Shown here: in pieces, positions 33,501-52,700 of the stretch | Position numbering within the stretch: the stretch's first letter is position 1 | Layout of the letters: the number at the start of each line of letters is the position of its first letter | Origin: Balanoglossus misakiensis | Lineage: Eukaryota; Animalia; Hemichordata | Assembly (NCBI GenBank): GCA_040954595.2 | Contig: CM082589.2 | Location: 2,547,275 to 2,599,974 of the forward strand | Length of the DNA: 52,700 nt | Reading direction: 5' to 3' | Notes under the pieces: model-generated | Database searches by the model: none | Told to the model about the DNA's origin: nothing | Seen by the model: only the letters and a program-made list of their open reading frames with translations | Position numbers and translations under genes: made by a program

Positions 33501-36287
33501 ATTTCTTCTTCACATTCTGCCTTTGTGATTCGAAGATCCTTAATCACATTTTGGTCTGCAGCATGCTTCAATGCCACGAGTTTCACTACAGCTTTACTGT
33601 AATTTAGAGCCACCTACAAAATATACATAATACATGCACCCTTTTATCAGACATTGCTCATGTCAAGAATCAAGACTTGCAACAGGTTCGGATATTAATC
33701 GCTTGATTCTGTTGAGCGAAAAATTTCTTCCACTCCATGGCGACACATCAGAGTCGAAATCGGTTGAACGGATGTAGGCCATGGTCTACATTAAGAATAT
33801 GTCATTGTATGTATCGGTAAACTACATTTTGGTAAGTTGAGCGTCAAAGTGTAATTGATAAGTCTTTATAGACAGGTACATTACTACGATGGCATTCGGA
33901 CTGGAGTCCATATTGTCATTAGTGAATAGTACTAGTCACAACCTAGGCGACTAAGGTCAACCTTATGACCCTGACAACCCATGAATGTTGATAACATATC
34001 GTTGGGTCAAAGGTGACTGTTGATATTCTGAAACTGACTCACCTGCGTGTAGGGATCGTGGAATACCGAGTGGTCGAAAATATGCATTATAGAATTAAAC
34101 ATTGGTGAGGGAGGGGGGGGGGGGGGGGTCGTGAATCGTGTCAATTTACTTCGTGCACTTACCAGAGACATCGACACAAGTTTCATTTTCATATTTGCTG
34201 CATATTTGGAAGATGTCTCGTTGTCTGTTTTGAGTTCTTTGATTCTGTTCTGGTGCTCTGCTTTGAGTTCTTTGATTCTGTGTTGTGATGCCTGGAGAAG
34301 AGACCTTCTGCCGAATTCTGATATTTCATTTATAGTCGGCCAGATTGTTGACATCAAGTTCAGTACATCGATACAAGGAAATCTCAGTGTGATGGACTGC
34401 AATCTTCTGTTTCTTGCGTTCTCTGTGTACACACATAGCGATGTATTAGTCATAATAATGTTAAGCAACACGTTTGGCTCACGTGAAGTTTGGGCCTCTG
34501 TGGTTATATTTAATTCATTACAAGGCTGTCATCTTTAACGAGGCATATCTTACCATTTCTGTCAAGCATACATGAATAATATTGCTAGATGAGTTATGTA
34601 TTAAACAGAACAGTGTCACTGACATGTTTGAATGTTACAATAGTATTCAGCACTTCAGGAAAACACACCTTGCACGATCTTGGACAAACTCGCTATAATT
34701 TACAAGTCGATTCACTTGACGCTTAGTTTTGTCTGTTTGCGCTATATATATGTTTGACTCTAAGGAAAATAATGCAAAAGACGAATATCCTATTTTCAAT
34801 TGCCCTTTACGACGGTTTAAGGCATCAAAAATATCAGCAGAAAAGTTTAGGTCTATGGTATTTGTTTCCATGCACTTACCTTCAAAGTATTCCATGCCCC
34901 TTTCTAATTCAGCGTGGTCAACCAGTGCAGCTATTTCTAACAGCCCCTCTCTTTTCACAAGCATCTTCATACTATTGGAAATAAGTATGTCGGAAAGCAG
35001 GCGCTCCAGATCACCACAGTCCAGCCCTTTTTTGAAACACTGTATGTTACTCCGACTGAAGGTTCGCAAAATCAGAATAACGGACGACATCTGGATACGT
35101 ATTAACTTGGCTTGGTAACGGTCAAAGGCCTTGTCGAGTAATTTCGATTTGTCTGGATTATTGCCATTCTTAATTTCTTCCACCTCAACTTCAAATATCT
35201 TCTTCGCGGCTTCATATAAATGGGCTTCTATCTGTTGTTTTTGTTGGATTTGAAGTTCTAGCCGGAAATCTGTAAAAAAATACACAAAGGCGATTAAATT
35301 GTATAATCTGTTACTGGTATCACACTTCAAAATATTTGTTGAAAAAGTCTACTTTCTTCAACCAATAAGCAATCGGTATAAATAATGATACGTTCTAAAA
35401 TATCGGATCCGGTCACGCTATCTCGGCTATTAAAGTTGATTTTCTAATGACTCAGCAAAAGTATACCATTGCCAGTGATGGAGGAAATGAATAGCATTCG
35501 TTTCGCACTGGCGGAAGCTGACAATGCATGGGGTCGTAAAGGGTTCAGGCAGTCAAATAGTGAAGTACGCTTTTCACTTTAATGGAACTGTCTGGGCTTC
35601 GCGAACCGGGCCAGCACACACAACAACATCGTCTATATGCACTCAGAACCACTTGATCATTAAAGGCGTTGGTCGTACGTGAATTAACGCCACCAAATGC
35701 ACTTGCAAATTTAACCACAGTTACCTTGGAACTTACCCCAATAGGGACTAGCCTTGTCCATTTCTTGTCCAGGACGATCAGCATCACTGTAACGCCGTCG
35801 TTTCTCTACTAAAGAAAACAGAACATGCATTGTGATTAATTAAACATGTATTGAAAATGCATGAAAATATCCGTTTTCATTTTAAAAATAACGGCTGGAA
35901 TTGTTCTTAAAAACGGAAAAAAAATATTCAGGACAAACAACATGTACCCTGTGCTGGCCTCCAGTCAAAGGGTTATAAATAGAACTGTCACTCACCTACA
36001 GCTACCGCACCAGATTGAAAATTTTCAACTTTTTCCTTTAGCCGTGGACGCTTCAAATGATCCATTAATTCGATGACTAGTCCAAGATTAGTTGCAGATA
36101 TATATCCACGTGTTTCCAAATGTACGAATAGGCTCATTGCAGTTTTCGTCTTCTCTGCGTCTTCTTCGCTTAACTGGCGACCGTAAAGTAGGAGTTTCAT
36201 CGTAGATACTTCTTCGCCGCTAAGTTCGCTCTGTAATGCTAGAAAAAGTGACCTCAATGGGCAAACGTTGGTCACACTCACTTCCAT
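30573..36287 (-). CDS. DED-TRADD-N-like-TRIM-NHL protein, copy 3 (divergent N-terminal module), 1111 aa
   Basis: Exons 36287-35996 (DED), 35808-35737, 35269-34880 (TRADD-N-like), 34422-34163, 33613-33488, 33073-32840, 32534-30573. Same phases as copies 1/2, total 3336 nt open. Confidence 0.85.
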
Positions 36288-36959
36288 GGTTAAATCGCTG
36301 TCTTCCAATCTTTAACTACACTATGGGAAAGCGACAATTTCTATTTTTAGAGGGAATACGTTAAACATGCCCCGACACAAACGGCCGCCATTTTGTTTTC
36401 TGGTCTCTTTTACAGTTCAAAATAGTAGGACAACAGCCCTGCGTGATTTATGGAACATGGTACATGCCTGGGGCCGGGGTAAACAGAAACATGGCGGCCA
36501 TTCGTATCCTGCCAAATCGCGTTATAAAACTGGTTTGCTGTTTACACGTGTATACAGGGTGCCCAAACTCAAGTCCGTTAATCAGTCAAGTGCGTGTAAC
36601 GCTGAAGGGCCTACATATAATGCGGCCCTGGACCCGTTTTTACTATGACATCCATTTCACGGGTGTCATAATGCAAACCGAGTAAACATGAAGTCCAGCA
36701 GGGCGGTACAATAGTCGGGAGGAGTCGATGCGTTCTCAAAGCGCCACCAATGTCTATTCCAAAGTATGCGGTATGCAGTAGAGTATGCGTTGAAAATCTA
36801 ATAATGTGGTCAGAAACCGCACGACACTGAAATGTCCAATTACTCCACGGGAAGTCACTCTTGACCCAGTAGTGGAAAAAACAGACCGTGTGTGCAACTT
36901 GAGAATTTCACAGCTGAAATCAAGTTCACCAACGTCATTCATAGAGGGATACAAAAGAG

Positions 36960-39900
36960 ATGAGATTGGAATTTCACTTCGCTTTTGTCACCGTTATTCT
37001 GCTGTTTTCGATTCTTTTAGGTGAGTACATTAGGGTTTCGTTGGGCATATTAGGAGAGTAAAATATTTGGCGAAAAGCATAAATTTCAAAGAATATTTCA
37101 TAACTTTTTCCGTGCACATTTACAGCCTGAGGGTGGGTGTGTTCCCGTCTGCGGGTATGCGTCCCATAAACACACAGTCGAGTGTCAAGTCAAACTATAC
37201 AATGCGTTATTACTATTTATCACATTTCCAATTTACTTTGAAATAACATTTACATGAACGTTGACAGGGTCTCTCAATGCTGATGGTATGTTTAATGGAA
37301 AAGTCGCCCATTTGCAGTTCTGGCGACCATCTCCCTTTAAAGCGACCGGTCTGTCGTATCAGATCAAAAGTCACCAAGACTACGCGTTTACTCCTCAGTA
37401 AACGCTCTGAGAAGTTACTCTTTCGATACATTCTGTTTTTGCGTTTGGTACATCAATCGGCACAAGTGCTGAAGAAAAACTGCACAACACAAGCAAACTT
37501 CTGAGTCATGACCTTCACAACTTCAATTAAACAACAGGTCAACATATGTTTTTGATGTCCTCACACTTCAGAAAGCACTGCCTTGGCCATTTGACTAAAA
37601 ACAAAGTACTTAGAAAAATCTATCGGTGAGCATATCAAACAGTGATTACAAGATCATCTTGTCCTCGAACTTGAAAAGTCTTCAAGCATGAATTTAAATA
37701 AAACAAGAATCTGTATGCAAATTTAACAAACTCCCGAAAAGATTATCATTCTTTCGCACAAACAGGAATTTTGTGTAACACGGTCAGCATCAGTACAGTA
37801 CCACGCTACTCGAATTAGGGTCACCACATCCACGGGAGATGGGCCTTTTATGTGAACTATAAACTTGATTGAAATAGCTGACGAGGGAGCAATATATTTC
37901 TGTCATGCAAGACGCACGAAAGTAACATAAATGCAACCATCTTATAAAAACGAAGGAATTATAATCTATACCCCAAGTTCAAATCGCTGTCAGGAATGAG
38001 ACGTTTCCCAGTTTGTGATTTATAGGAAGTTAATAACTCAGTCTTCAGTTTCATTGTTCCCTTATCTCTAATTGGTATGAGTTCGGCGCCGCCTTTCACA
38101 CGTTAGTCTAACGCATTCCAAGTTGTTCGCATACCTCGAGAAATAAGTTTTAACGAGTACTCGCAAATGTAAGGCACGACGTTCAGCCACAGGAAAACGT
38201 GTGTAAGCTCACGAATTCCTGACGATCGCTTAAAGTTCAAGAATACTGGGATCCATGCCTTCGACCATTGACAATGATCATAACACCAAGTCCCTCCAAA
38301 ACAGACCTACTAATTTGCTTGACAGAAGTTACCAGTCCATAACATTATCCACATACAAGTTCACTCGAAGTTGAAAAGCAAAAACACAGTGAAACACGAT
38401 CGCATTCTGGTATTCGCAATTTCCCTCCAGATATAGACGTAGTCATGCTTTCCGACATACCAGGTTCTCATTGCTACATACATACGTGTAGCCGTAATTT
38501 CACAGAATGTCCTCACGTTTACGACCGACAGCTGAAAGTCTTCCCCTAATTCTTTGCTATGTCACCCATTTGACAATTTGTTACGTACATGACTGTTACT
38601 CAAGTTGGTCTATACTAAGATATAATCAATATTCAAATGAAATACGTTAGTTCATGTGCTTCGAAAAATGGAGAGGTTTGTCGCGATTATTTTACTCCGG
38701 CAATATGTGACGTGAATGAACGTACAGAATCGTAACTTTATGTCTTTGCGACAGATGGTTTTGTATGACGCAGAAACCTGACCTCGAATCGACAGCGAGA
38801 CATGTTTATTGGGAACTTCATAAATTTGTAGACAAATGGCAAGGCCTTAGAAATGCTTATGTTGACTTTCTTCACACGAGATATCCCGCAGGGAGAAGCA
38901 ATCTTGAACCGACTCCCTGAACTGAATGGTGACCATGAACTTAAATTCTAGGTCATGTTTTCACAGTCTCAATATCAAGGTTGTTATTTTCATGAGGTCA
39001 GGTGGAATGTTGTGGTGGTGACGACGGCGATGATGATGATTTGAACATATGCATGGTATGTGAATGAAAATCAACTTGCATTGTCTGGCAGCCATGCTCA
39101 TTACTAAGATCAAAGCACATCAGTACGGGAATACATCTCACGTCAACGTGTTTAGGAATGAGAGTATCTTAACATCTATTTTGTGTTTTTCTGCTTTGTC
39201 TGCTTTCACAGGCGTCGCCGAAGGAAGCAATGGCGGTCTCTCAAATGATAACGGCAATGATCAATTAAGGCGTAAATTATTACAATACTACGATCGCAGA
39301 AAGTTACCTCATAAGCCACAGGTGGATATCACGGTGTCTATCCAGTTGGTCACAGCGGAAGTTGTAAGTGTTGTTTGTTTGATAATTTTTGTCGTTTGGG
39401 GGGGACACTAAAATATCACGTATTATACGAAAGGGAAGCGTTGGACCATTCACAATACAGCATCAACGTCGATGCATTTTGCTTCATTAAGACTTTTCAA
39501 TTTCTTGTGAACATATTAACGTGTTCTATTTAATTATCCATAAAAGTCATAATTATCATTATAATTTTGTTTGATTTCAGAACACGGAGACGAACATTCT
39601 GATTGCGGAGCATCGAAGGCTATACGTAAGTGTTGCTATTAAACCATCCACATCCCGTCCATCATCAATCGATTCATTTTCCGTCAACCAACCCACTGAG
39701 TCACTCACATATTCACTCACTCACTTGGTCGATCGATCGATCGATCAGTCAGTCAAACTACAACCCGGGACGTTTTCTGACATTGTTACACTGACTCTTC
39801 TTATGGAATCGCATCATTCCAGCTAGCAAATGTTATTTTTTAACACAACAGAAATGGTATGACAACAGACTCGTCTGGGATACACCAAACAAGCGATCGA

Positions 39901-40589
39901 GTCAAGTGTCAATCTTGGCTGTCTCGCCGGAGTCTATCTGGAGTTTCCTGCGCTACGAACAACTTGTAAATGGGTTAGTTCATTTCTCATTACTCATCTG
40001 CTGAACATGGCGACGAAAAGAATTTCGCCTCAGCCATGTGAACGACCAAATTTCTTAATGCTATGAACCAATATCTGAATGAACGACTTCATAACAACTC
40101 ATGCAGATATGTCTTTTACTCGACAGTACTTTACGGAAACCAGTGAACGCAACACGTCACGAGGAATCACCCACAGCATTGGTGACGTCAGAGGGTCTGG
40201 TCGAGCTCGTGACACCTCGGGTCGTCACGGAGACGCCCTGTTTGCAGCACGCCCTCTCAAACGACACTTACACATGCGAGATAACGCTCTCCAATTGGCG
40301 ATACCCGTCAACCAAGCTGAGGCTACAGTTTCCCCCAAACAGGGTGCCCGTGGATTTGCACTCTTTCATGACGGAAGAGTGGGAAGTTGCGGAAGCCACG
40401 GGCAAGATCTTCGACAGAAAGAGCGACAGCAAGTTAACCGACACGGTGTCGTCGGTCACATTTGAAATCGTTCTCCAAGAAGCAGACGTGTCCCTGTCTC
40501 ATCTTAAGAACACTGCGACCAACCTTTTGCCAACGACTTACATGTTCATGCTGTGTGCAGGACATATTTTTCTTCTTACTACTATGTAG
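36960..40589 (+). CDS. Cys-loop ligand-gated channel extracellular-domain-only protein (AChBP/nAChR-LBD-like) with signal peptide and hydrophobic C-terminal tail, 5 exons, 280 aa
   Basis: Exons 36960-37020, 39212-39363, 39581-39625, 39852-39973, 40127-40589; phases 1,0,0,2; 843 nt. Motifs LRRKLLQYYDRRKLP, WYDNRLVW, PESIW, ALVTSEGLV, C-x11-C loop, SNWRY, EEWEV. The 45-nt exon and following phase-2 exon mirror nAChR gene structure. Confidence 0.78.
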
Positions 40590-41165
40590 ATTGTTTCTGA
40601 GCTGAGCTCTTCCTTGCCAAACCTAAGATATTATGATTAAGACATATATTTAAAGTTTACTATATTATCCGGGTAATCGTTCAGACATAAAATCTTAGGC
40701 TTAGAAAATTAGTTCGAGTTAGGACTTAGGCAGTATATATACTTTCCGATTGATTGACAAGCGAATGAACAGTACTGTTTCCGATTAAGTTACATTTCTA
40801 GATTTAAAAAAAAATCTTATATGGCGCTGCATTCTTTGATGACCAAAAGTTCACACTAGACATGCGCAGAACCCGATTCAGAATACCTGTATCAGTTTAA
40901 CTGTCTGACGCAAGCCAAAATACTGGCGTACGGTCATCGTGTGTGGTGACGTGTATTTCTTCAGTTCAGAATTAATCGAGAGATCAGTTTGAAATTATTC
41001 TCCAGTGAGGATTAGTTATGTACACTTGGTTATCTGAGGAAGAGGCAACGCAGTGCATGGGCGTGGCCATTGATGTGAAGTGTGAATGCTATCATCGTTG
41101 CAGTGACAGCCCTCAAGAGGGCGTAAATCCCATCCCGTCTGCTAGTCACATGGTATGACACAGCG

Positions 41166-43420
41166 CTATAGTTTGATTCGAAACGACCTAGAAAGACACG
41201 AGAAAAATTTCAATTTAAAAATTAAAAAAAATTATTTTTCATATTTCATGTTTTAGCATTTTCTATGTCATGTAAAGAAAGGACAATACACTATTATCTT
41301 CCACGAAAGTCTCCTTTTTTTATTTTAATCCTTGGAGAGGTTGAGAGCTATTTCTCCACGCCATCTTACCTCATGAATTCCGGTGACTTGGAAACCACAT
41401 GTGAAAACTCGGCAAATGTCAATTGTCGATCATCATCCAAATCTGTTTCTTCGAATATCTGAAGAGAGAAGTGTGGGGTGGTGGGTTAGCAGCCTGCCAT
41501 ATTTGCTTTAGTGTGTGTGTTTGCATGAGAAAGAATCGATGATGTGTTCTATTGTGATATCTTGGTTTCACTGAATAAATACTGTTCTGTCATGTAATAT
41601 TATGCGCAATACACTTGTTTTCATATTGATAAACACTTGAACATCATCATCGTAAGCATCACAGCCTTGGTAATGTTGTCTATATCTAAATAAGTTTGGC
41701 AACCAAAAAATATGACCGTCCTAAACACAACATGACATATATGATCCCAAAATTCTTACATTGTTGACGAGTAACTTCACTTCATTCTCACTGAGTCGCT
41801 GATCGCTTTCGTCACTCGACGCCGTGATCCTTTTGACCATCTCTCTGATGTCAGACTCGTCGATAAGGTCATCTTCGTTAAAATCTGTCATGGAATCGAA
41901 TTTTTTATGGTTAGTTTCTCTATTTGCCTCTGTTTGTGGGATTCCCAATAGGTTTTAGGTCACACTTCCTTCCCCAATCCAGCTGACATAAACGAACGTA
42001 GTATTTTTCAGATTTCTAGTGCATTGATGGCGTCCTTGTTACTCATGATGCAGTATGCAAAGAGTATCGAACTATCATGTATCGTATTTTATAGCCACCA
42101 AGTTTCAACAGCGCCGTTATTGTGATTTGTCAATTTGGGAGTTTGGGCTTGATAAATTTCCCTTCAAATGATGCAAAATTGACAACAAGGCAATATTCCT
42201 AGTGGAAACTCACCGTAAATTCGGAATGCATACTCCAGCTTCACTTGCATAGGTGCACTGTCGCTAAACACCGACACCATATCAAGAAAATCCTCAAAAT
42301 TCATGCCGCCATCTTCACTCGAGGAAAATATGCGACAGATGCGATCTTTGAACGGGTTACACTGCAACAGGATTTATATAATGGTGAATGTGTGAGGTTT
42401 TGTTTGGTCTTTGTCTGTCTCTCTTTGCCCCTCCCCTTTCCCTGAATTTTCAAAACAGTCAATACAATTTATACATGAGAACTTTCTGAACTCACTTGTA
42501 ATTCGGGCAATTGTTGTATAGTCTCTGCCGACAGAATTGCCCGGTGGTCATCATCAACTGTCTCTGGATCCAACTCTGTGAACCTATCGAATACACTGTA
42601 AACAAACAGGACATGTGATATTTGATGGTAATGACAGGCCAATATATAATTAAGCAATAAAACACCCCCAACCATGGTATACCACGAGATTTTGACCAGT
42701 TCACGACATATACGCACGAGCGATAGCGAGTGCATATATGGAGTTGAACTGGTCAAAATCGAGTGGTATACCATGGCTGGGGGTGTTTTATTGCTATTAT
42801 ATTATGCCAGTATATTGAAACTTTGCATAAAACATTTTAAAAAGGCATTTTCTTTGACTATGATATATGACTGTGGTATATGGCTAATATATCACGGTCA
42901 TGTGTCGTGTCTCGACCAATCAAATAGCGTGATTTACACCATCAATATACTGGTATAATATAATTAACGGTACTACACAATGATAAGCGATCACTATAAA
43001 TGACAAATGTACTCACTGTAATATCTCCGCCTTCGACAGATACGTTAGCTCCTAAAGGCAATTTAGAAAGTCGAAGTTATTACAAGGCTGTGAGTCCCAG
43101 TAATATGTCATTGCTTCGATGTATGTATGTATGTATGTATGTAGTATGTATGTACCGTATGTATGAAGTCGTGAATAAGAAATGGGGAAGTAATGAGCGA
43201 TTTCTAATATCCGCTTTACTAAAGATCAAATTTCTCAGTAGAGATTGCATTGTTAAACTTCCGCCTTTCGAGTCAGCCTAGTGAACACATAAGCGCTGAT
43301 CACAAGCTTATCCCTTGCTTGAACAATATACTAAGACGTACACAACGTACATTGGTTGATTGATCTCACCTCATAGTCGTCGAGTTCCCCTTGGGTGAGT
43401 TTACTTCTCCACACGCCCAT
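41166..43420 (-). CDS. CIB1: Calcium and integrin-binding protein 1-like (paralog B), 7 exons, 189 aa
   Basis: Exons 43420-43370, 43051-43017, 42595-42496, 42361-42214, 41884-41760, 41458-41370, 41187-41166 (51/35/100/148/125/89/22 nt; paralog A is 51/35/100/148/110/89/22). Protein [29 protein letters not shown]...[12 protein letters not shown]...DFNEDDLID...[13 protein letters not shown]...SFRIKL. Confidence 0.85.
42644..42967. mobile_element. Non-autonomous palindromic element with two inverted-repeat pairs, in intron 2 of CIB paralog B
   Basis: Near-perfect hairpin 42653-42795 (agcaataaaacacccc...tttgaccagttca / tgaactggtcaaa...ggggtgttttattgct). Second IR tattatgccagtatattga (~42800-42818) / tcaatatactggtataata (42942-42960). 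Direct repeat atataattaa at 42644-42653 and 42958-42967. Confidence 0.75.
43119..43165 (+). repeat. (TATG)n microsatellite, imperfect
   Basis: atgtatgtatgtatgtatgtat... seen directly. Confidence 0.85.
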
Positions 43421-44524
43421 TCTCGCCGGAGAATGTCTCTTAAAGCCGACAAACAGTCGCCGCGGAATCCACCGTCGACGTTTGTAAATGGCCGAAAAAC
43501 AGCGAGAGCCTTCTACATGTATATGTTTACACCCAGCCTTACTTGACCCCGCGTGACCTTGGGTCACAAAGGAACGGGTGTGATAGGCTATGTGGCATCT
43601 TGGCGTGGTATTATTAATGTGTGCGTAATAAGTCAAAACGTGTACGCATGCGTCATGAACGAATATATACACAACAAACATCTGTATGTATTAATAGTGC
43701 ATAACAAAATACGAGCACACCATAAATCAAAATATGTCAAATTAGCATATGTACACGTCATTATCTTTTCTGTCCCAATTTTTGTTGTCACACTTGAATG
43801 ATAATGATTAATAGACCTGTTTTGATCATGATGTCACCAACCTCCAAGACAGCATAGCACTGTATCGAAGGAAAATGTGACAAAAAGACCTAATTAATAT
43901 CATGTAACCCGCTTTTATGACACAGGCAAACATCGTTTGCATGTACCGAATGTGTCACAAAACGTTCTCGAAAACGGAATACCCTTATGTTTGTTTTGGG
44001 TGCATGTTGTGGCTCCAAGCCATCAATCGTCACACTTTACAATCAAAGGCCAGCCTCGTCGCCCTTGCAAGCCTCAAGGGCGTGTTCAAAGCCACCCTGT
44101 CAACAATTAAGTCAACAATACTTGACACGGTTTGTTCAGCGCCATTGTGCGTGGGTTCAGCACTGCAACATGGCATATCTACAAAGTGTCTAACTGCTTT
44201 ACATGCAATGACGTCTGAACTCAATCTTGCATGGTTGATATGATTTTATTTGAACAGAGTGAATAATCTTAACAAGCCTTCATTGTTTGGTCGATTGATT
44301 GACGTCATTTTTAGACACCATTACTATCAGAAAAATGTTGTATACAATGATTTTGCACCGTATAGAATCATCATTGCCCTCTATCATGACAGACAAAAAA
44401 CTCCGCAGCGATACTCGGTCCAATGTCATGTTCATTCTCATCACATTATATAATTTCTGTATATTGTATAAAATGCAAATATATATACATGTATCCATAA
44501 AATTTGCGCACGAGATAATCCTCT

Positions 44525-52700
<8,176 letters not shown>

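Larger units (their letters stand above)
14195..38062. repeat. Three-unit tandem segmental duplication (approx. 14195-21965, 21966-30432, 30433-38062)
   Basis: Each unit begins agttattgtggaaca and ends ...ctcagtcttcagttt.attgttc.ct. Exons and introns align between units (offset ~7757 between units 1 and 2). Confidence 0.93.

Noticed and set aside
14286-35118. Plus-strand ORFs recurring in each tandem unit (e.g. 15301..15564, 23071..23334, 31522..31785)
   Set aside because: They recur only because the DNA is duplicated; they are antisense to the TRIM-NHL exons.

Overview
Intron-containing animal genomic DNA (GT-AG introns; the gene content suggests a marine invertebrate deuterostome such as a hemichordate, echinoderm or amphioxus, which is inference only). 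From left to right: (1) a divergent cluster of Golgi carbohydrate sulfotransferases (CHST1-7/GST-like), five complete single-exon CDSs plus a probable sixth running off the left edge; (2) a 7-exon CIB1-like gene; (3) a 412-bp TIR element with a 9-bp TSD; (4) a three-copy tandem array (about 7.6-8.5 kb units) of a 7-exon gene that the ORF track fragments; (5) a 5-exon Cys-loop receptor ligand-binding-domain-only (AChBP-like) gene with a hydrophobic C-terminal tail; (6) a second CIB1-like paralog with a palindromic element in an intron; (7) the 3' part of an otoferlin-like ferlin with two duplicated alternative terminal TM exons. The main candidate for a new system is the array gene. Spliced by hand it encodes about 1110 aa: DED, TRADD-N-like domain, coiled coil, B-box1, B-box2, coiled coil, filamin, NHL propeller, and no RING. 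Differences between copies concentrate on one predicted face of the NHL propeller, and copy 3 carries a swapped N-terminal signalling cassette. This pattern fits a diversifying intracellular immune sensor coupled to death-fold signalling. All gene models and domain calls were made by eye with no database search.
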